Shown: one piece after another, positions 57,598 through 64,000 of the stretch
How positions within the stretch are numbered: the stretch's first letter is position 1
How the letters are laid out: each line of letters begins with the position of its first letter
Made by a program: the position numbers and the translations under genes
Source: Thermoanaerobaculia bacterium
Lineage (GTDB): Bacteria; Acidobacteriota; Thermoanaerobaculia; UBA5066
Assembly (NCBI GenBank): GCA_038245905.1
Contig: JBBRRY010000015.1
Span: 1-64,000 of the forward strand
Length of the DNA stretch: 64,000 bases
Direction: 5' to 3'
The notes under the pieces: model-generated
Told to the model about the DNA's origin: nothing
The model's database searches: none
The model's input: only the letters and a program-made list of their open reading frames with translations

Positions 57598-59195
57598 ACG
57601 CACGAACGGTGAGCATCGTCCTCGGGGGCTCTCTTCTCGTGCTCGCGCTGCCGGCGTCCGCCCAACGGCGGGTTCCGGGTGCCCCTGTCGACGAGAGCTA
57701 TCTCCTCAATCTCCAGACGTTCAATTCCGCGCTCGGGGTCGGGGCCCGCGCTCTCGGAATGGGCGGCGCGTTCGTCGCCGTCGCCGACGACGCGACGGCC
57801 GCGTCCTGGAATCCAGCCGGGCTGGCCTTCCTCATCCGTCCCGAAGTGAGTCTCGTTCTGGACCGGACGACGTCCTCGCTTGCGACGAGCGACTTCGTCG
57901 ACACGACGCCCAATCCGGATTCTCCCGGTCAGATACGCCGCGTGCCGGGAACGGACGAAGGGAAAGGAAGCGGACTGTCGTTCCTGTCGGTCGCATACCC
58001 GTTGAAGACGCTCTCACGCCGCGTGACGCTCCAGCTTTCGTACCAGCGCCAGGTCCGGCCGCTCTCCGCGGACCTCTATAGCCGCGACGACACGGGGGCC
58101 GTCCCCGCCGCCGACGCGCCGTTCGTTCCGGATTACTCGACGGAAAGAAGGACGCACGTGGCGTCGAGCGGGGGAGTCGACAACCTCTCCTTCGGCTTCG
58201 GCGCCGCCCTGTCCGAGACGGTCTTCGTCGGCGCGACGGTCAATTACTGGTTCGGCTCGCCGGCGGCCGAGCGCCATACCGCCACGCGCGTCGAGTCCCT
58301 TCCGGGGCGCGGCGACCCGCAGGTCTTCACCGACTTCGTCGAGACGACGACCGAAGCACAACGGATCTCGTCGCTCTCGGCGAACCTCGGCATCCTCTAT
58401 CGCCCCGTCTCGTGGCTCACGCTGGGGGCCGTTTACCGGAGCGGGTGGGTGGGCCGCGCGAATACGACCTACGCGACGTCGCGGACGGGCGTCGACTACG
58501 TGCTCTACACGCCGCCTGGAGGCGAAGCCGAGTACCGGACGCAGCGCGTGGACTGGTCGGGTCAGACCGAGGCGTCGGGCTCGCTCGCGTGGCCGGCGTC
58601 GTACGGCGTCGGCGCGGCTCTCCGCCCCGTGTCGACGCTCGTCCTTTCGTTCGACGTCACGCGGCAGGAATGGAGCCGCGCCTCGGTCGACTTGCCGCGC
58701 GTCCATCTCGCCTGCGTGAACGACGGCGTCACTCAGACCTGCCGCCCAAACGGGATGCCAGGCTTCTCCGATCCCGCCGTCGGCGCGGGCGAATACGTGA
58801 CGCACGTGCAGTACCCGACCCAGCTCGATGCCGCGAACCTCGCGCAACGGGACCAGAACTCCTTCCGGGCCGGCGCCGAATGGGTCCTGTTCCTCGGGCG
58901 CGTGACGATTCCCGTGCGCGCGGGCGTCTACCGCGTCGATTCGATTTCTCCCTACTTCGAGGCCTCGACGACCCAGCGGGCGACGCAGTTCGTCGTGCCG
59001 GAGGCCGGGCGCATTTCACTGACGGGCTACACGCTCGGGTTCTCGGTGGGGCTCGGCGGCCTCGTCTTCGACGCCGCCTTCGTGCGCGACCGCTCGACGG
59101 ACGATCGCGAGCAGATCGACGACACGCCGCCGGACATCGGGCACCGCGTCCTCACGAACACGCGCTTCCTCGCCGGGCTCACGTACCGGTTCTGA
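57594..59195 (+). CDS. FadL/OmpP1-like outer-membrane beta-barrel protein
   Basis: Signal peptide; GARALGMGGAFVAVADDATAASWNPAGL hatch motif; C-terminal TYRF. Confidence 0.88.
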   Translation: MNARTVSIVLGGSLLVLALPASAQRRVPGAPVDESYLLNLQTFNSALGVGARALGMGGAFVAVADDATAASWNPAGLAFLIRPEVSLVLDRTTSSLATSDFVDTTPNPDSPGQIRRVPGTDEGKGSGLSFLSVAYPLKTLSRRVTLQLSYQRQVRPLSADLYSRDDTGAVPAADAPFVPDYSTERRTHVASSGGVDNLSFGFGAALSETVFVGATVNYWFGSPAAERHTATRVESLPGRGDPQVFTDFVETTTEAQRISSLSANLGILYRPVSWLTLGAVYRSGWVGRANTTYATSRTGVDYVLYTPPGGEAEYRTQRVDWSGQTEASGSLAWPASYGVGAALRPVSTLVLSFDVTRQEWSRASVDLPRVHLACVNDGVTQTCRPNGMPGFSDPAVGAGEYVTHVQYPTQLDAANLAQRDQNSFRAGAEWVLFLGRVTIPVRAGVYRVDSISPYFEASTTQRATQFVVPEAGRISLTGYTLGFSVGLGGLVFDAAFVRDRSTDDREQIDDTPPDIGHRVLTNTRFLAGLTYRF

Positions 59196-59203
59196 GGCTC
59201 GTT

Positions 59204-60559
59204 CTAAGCGGGCTTCCGCCCCACGGTCAGGTAGTAGACCGGGATCCCTGCCGCCACGACGCCGAGGACTGCGAGCGTCGACCAGCGACTCTCGGGCTGG
59301 ATGACGGCGTTCGCGAGGAGATAGAGGACGGACGCGAGGAAGAGGACCGGCACGAGCGGGAAGAGCGGCGCGCGGAAGGACGGCGCGTAGCCGGGTTGGC
59401 GGCGCAGCCGGAAGATCGACGCGACGGCGAGCGCGTAAAACGGCAGAAACGCCGTCACGAACGCGTCCGCGAGCTGCTCGAAGCTGCGCGAGAGGACGAA
59501 CACGATCCCGAGAGAGGCCGTCATCGCGATCGAGACCCACGGAGTTCCCCAGCGGGGATGAACGGACGCGACGGACTTGAAGAAGAGGCGATCCGACGCC
59601 ATCGCGAAGAAGATCCGCGGGCTCGTGAAGAGGACCGTGTTGAGCGTCCCGAAGGTCGAGATCATCACGGTGACCGACACGAGCGCGACGCCGGCCGGTC
59701 CGAGGACAGCCTGCGCGACGTCAGCGGCGACGAGCTTCGAGACGCGGATCTGCTCGATCGGCAGTACGGCTAGATACGCGAGATTCGCGAGGAGATAGAT
59801 CGCGACGACGGCGAGCGTGCCACCGATCAGCGCGCGGGGAAGGTTCCGCTGCGGGTCCTTCACTTCGCCCGCGTTGTAGGCGAGGTCGGCCCAGCCGTCG
59901 AACGCCCACAGCGTCGACACGAGCGCGAGGCCGAACGCGGCCGGGGTGAAGCTGCCCGCGGGAATCGCCGGCGTGAAGTGGCCGCCCGTGTGCGGCAGCC
60001 CGAAGACGAACGCGATGAAGACGATGAAGACGAGCCCGCCGTACTTCGCGAGGACGGTCACGTTGCTGACCATCGCGGCGAGGGACACGCCCCGGATGTT
60101 GAAGAAGCCCGTGAGGGCGATCGCGAACGCGGCGAAGATCCGCACACTCCAGAGATTTGCGGGATCCTGGGGACTGATCCCGATCACGCGGAAGAAATAC
60201 TCCGAGAACACGATCGCGATCGCGCCGAGCGAGGCCGCGCGGATCATGGCGAACTGCCCCCAGCCGAAGAGGAATCCCGCGAGACGGCCCCAGCCGTCCC
60301 GGCAGAAGACGTACATCCCGCCGGTCTTCGGCAGCGCGCTCGCGATCTCCGCGAGCGTCAGGGCGCCGCAGATCGCGAAGAGGCCGCCGGCGGCCCAGAC
60401 CGAGAGCATCGGAAGAGGGCCCGGGAGCTTCGCGGCGATGCCGGCGGGGGAACGAAAGATCCCCGACCCGATCGTGGAGCCGACAACGACGGCGACGGCG
60501 CTCCAGAGGCCGATGCGGCGCTCCAGCGCCTTTACGGGTCCGGCGGGACGGTCGGGCAT
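59204..60559 (-). CDS. APC family amino acid permease (LAT/SteT-like)
   Basis: IGSGIF, AFDGW, GEVKDPQRNLP, HPRWGTP. Confidence 0.93.
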   Translation of the reverse strand: MPDRPAGPVKALERRIGLWSAVAVVVGSTIGSGIFRSPAGIAAKLPGPLPMLSVWAAGGLFAICGALTLAEIASALPKTGGMYVFCRDGWGRLAGFLFGWGQFAMIRAASLGAIAIVFSEYFFRVIGISPQDPANLWSVRIFAAFAIALTGFFNIRGVSLAAMVSNVTVLAKYGGLVFIVFIAFVFGLPHTGGHFTPAIPAGSFTPAAFGLALVSTLWAFDGWADLAYNAGEVKDPQRNLPRALIGGTLAVVAIYLLANLAYLAVLPIEQIRVSKLVAADVAQAVLGPAGVALVSVTVMISTFGTLNTVLFTSPRIFFAMASDRLFFKSVASVHPRWGTPWVSIAMTASLGIVFVLSRSFEQLADAFVTAFLPFYALAVASIFRLRRQPGYAPSFRAPLFPLVPVLFLASVLYLLANAVIQPESRWSTLAVLGVVAAGIPVYYLTVGRKPA

Positions 60560-60568
60560 CCGGAGATG

Positions 60569-63558
<2,990 letters not shown>

Positions 63559-63592
63559 CGGCTACTTGCCCTGCACCTGCACCGCGGGGAGC

Positions 63593-64000
63593 TTACGGGG
63601 TCAGCGTCGACGTCGTCGTGTTGTTGCCTTCGTTGCTCTCGGCGACTGCATTCGTCGCGTCCGCGGTCGCCGTGAAGTGGTAAATGCCCTTGGGCCACTT
63701 CGTGTTCGCCCACCACGGCATCGTCGCCGTGAACTCGGCGTGGCAGGCGAGCGCCGGGATGTTGACGCCGAGCGCGTCCGGCGTCGCGAAGAACGGAGGC
63801 GCGAGCGCGGAGGCGGGGAGGTCGACGCAGCCGCCGCCGGGGCCCACGTGGCCCTGCTTGACGCACTTGATAAAGAGGCGGCTCGCCCCCGCGTTGCCCA
63901 TTCCGACGTTCTTCACGGCGACCCAGCCATCCATCGGCGTGTGGAGGAGCGGGACGAGATCGGGCTTGCCGTCGCAGCGGGCGTTGGGATTCGGGTGCGT
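63593..64000 (-). CDS. CARDB/Ig-like domain protein, 5' end outside the window
   Basis: Frame is open to the window end; KPDL...VKNVG...ADATNAVAESNEGNN CARDB signature. Confidence 0.8.
   Translation of the reverse strand, partial: THPNPNARCDGKPDLVPLLHTPMDGWVAVKNVGMGNAGASRLFIKCVKQGHVGPGGGCVDLPASALAPPFFATPDALGVNIPALACHAEFTATMPWWANTKWPKGIYHFTATADATNAVAESNEGNNTTTSTLTP

Overview
High-GC bacterial chromosomal segment with about 50 CDS. Gene content (Oar-type TonB receptors, Ser/Thr kinase + TPR + FadL-like module, Tes-like radical SAM, PrsK/PrsR-like pair) suggests Acidobacteriota, probably Thermoanaerobaculia-like; this is inference. I found no rRNA, tRNA, CRISPR or transposase. Most genes are housekeeping or metabolic: msrA, rlmN, YfiH/PgeF, dps, ettA, a xanthine-dehydrogenase-family trio, a peptidoglycan recycling cluster with nagA/murQ, and a type II topoisomerase B subunit. 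The standout is 16.7-25.3 kb, a candidate undescribed peptide export/signalling system. It contains a STAS protein, a 3xGAF-membrane fusion protein (MFP), an RRE/PqqD-like + M50 protease + MFP fusion, a third MFP, a sensor-less PrsK-like kinase and a PrsR-like sigma54 activator. The activator lies directly upstream of a sigma54 promoter and dyad enhancer in front of a 134-aa gene: a 45-aa leader followed by eight cationic 11-aa repeats (RVTAARAQAAP). Three window-wide signals also stand out. (i) A degenerate low-GC motif (about CCTTCNAAGAA..TCYTC with pyrimidine-rich flanks) recurs about 12 times on both strands, mostly inside unrelated core CDSs. (ii) Many genes have TANNNT exactly 6-7 nt before the start codon, the leaderless signature. 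(iii) Two genes appear to start at near-cognate codons (ACG, ATC). All family assignments come from motif recognition by eye, not database searches.
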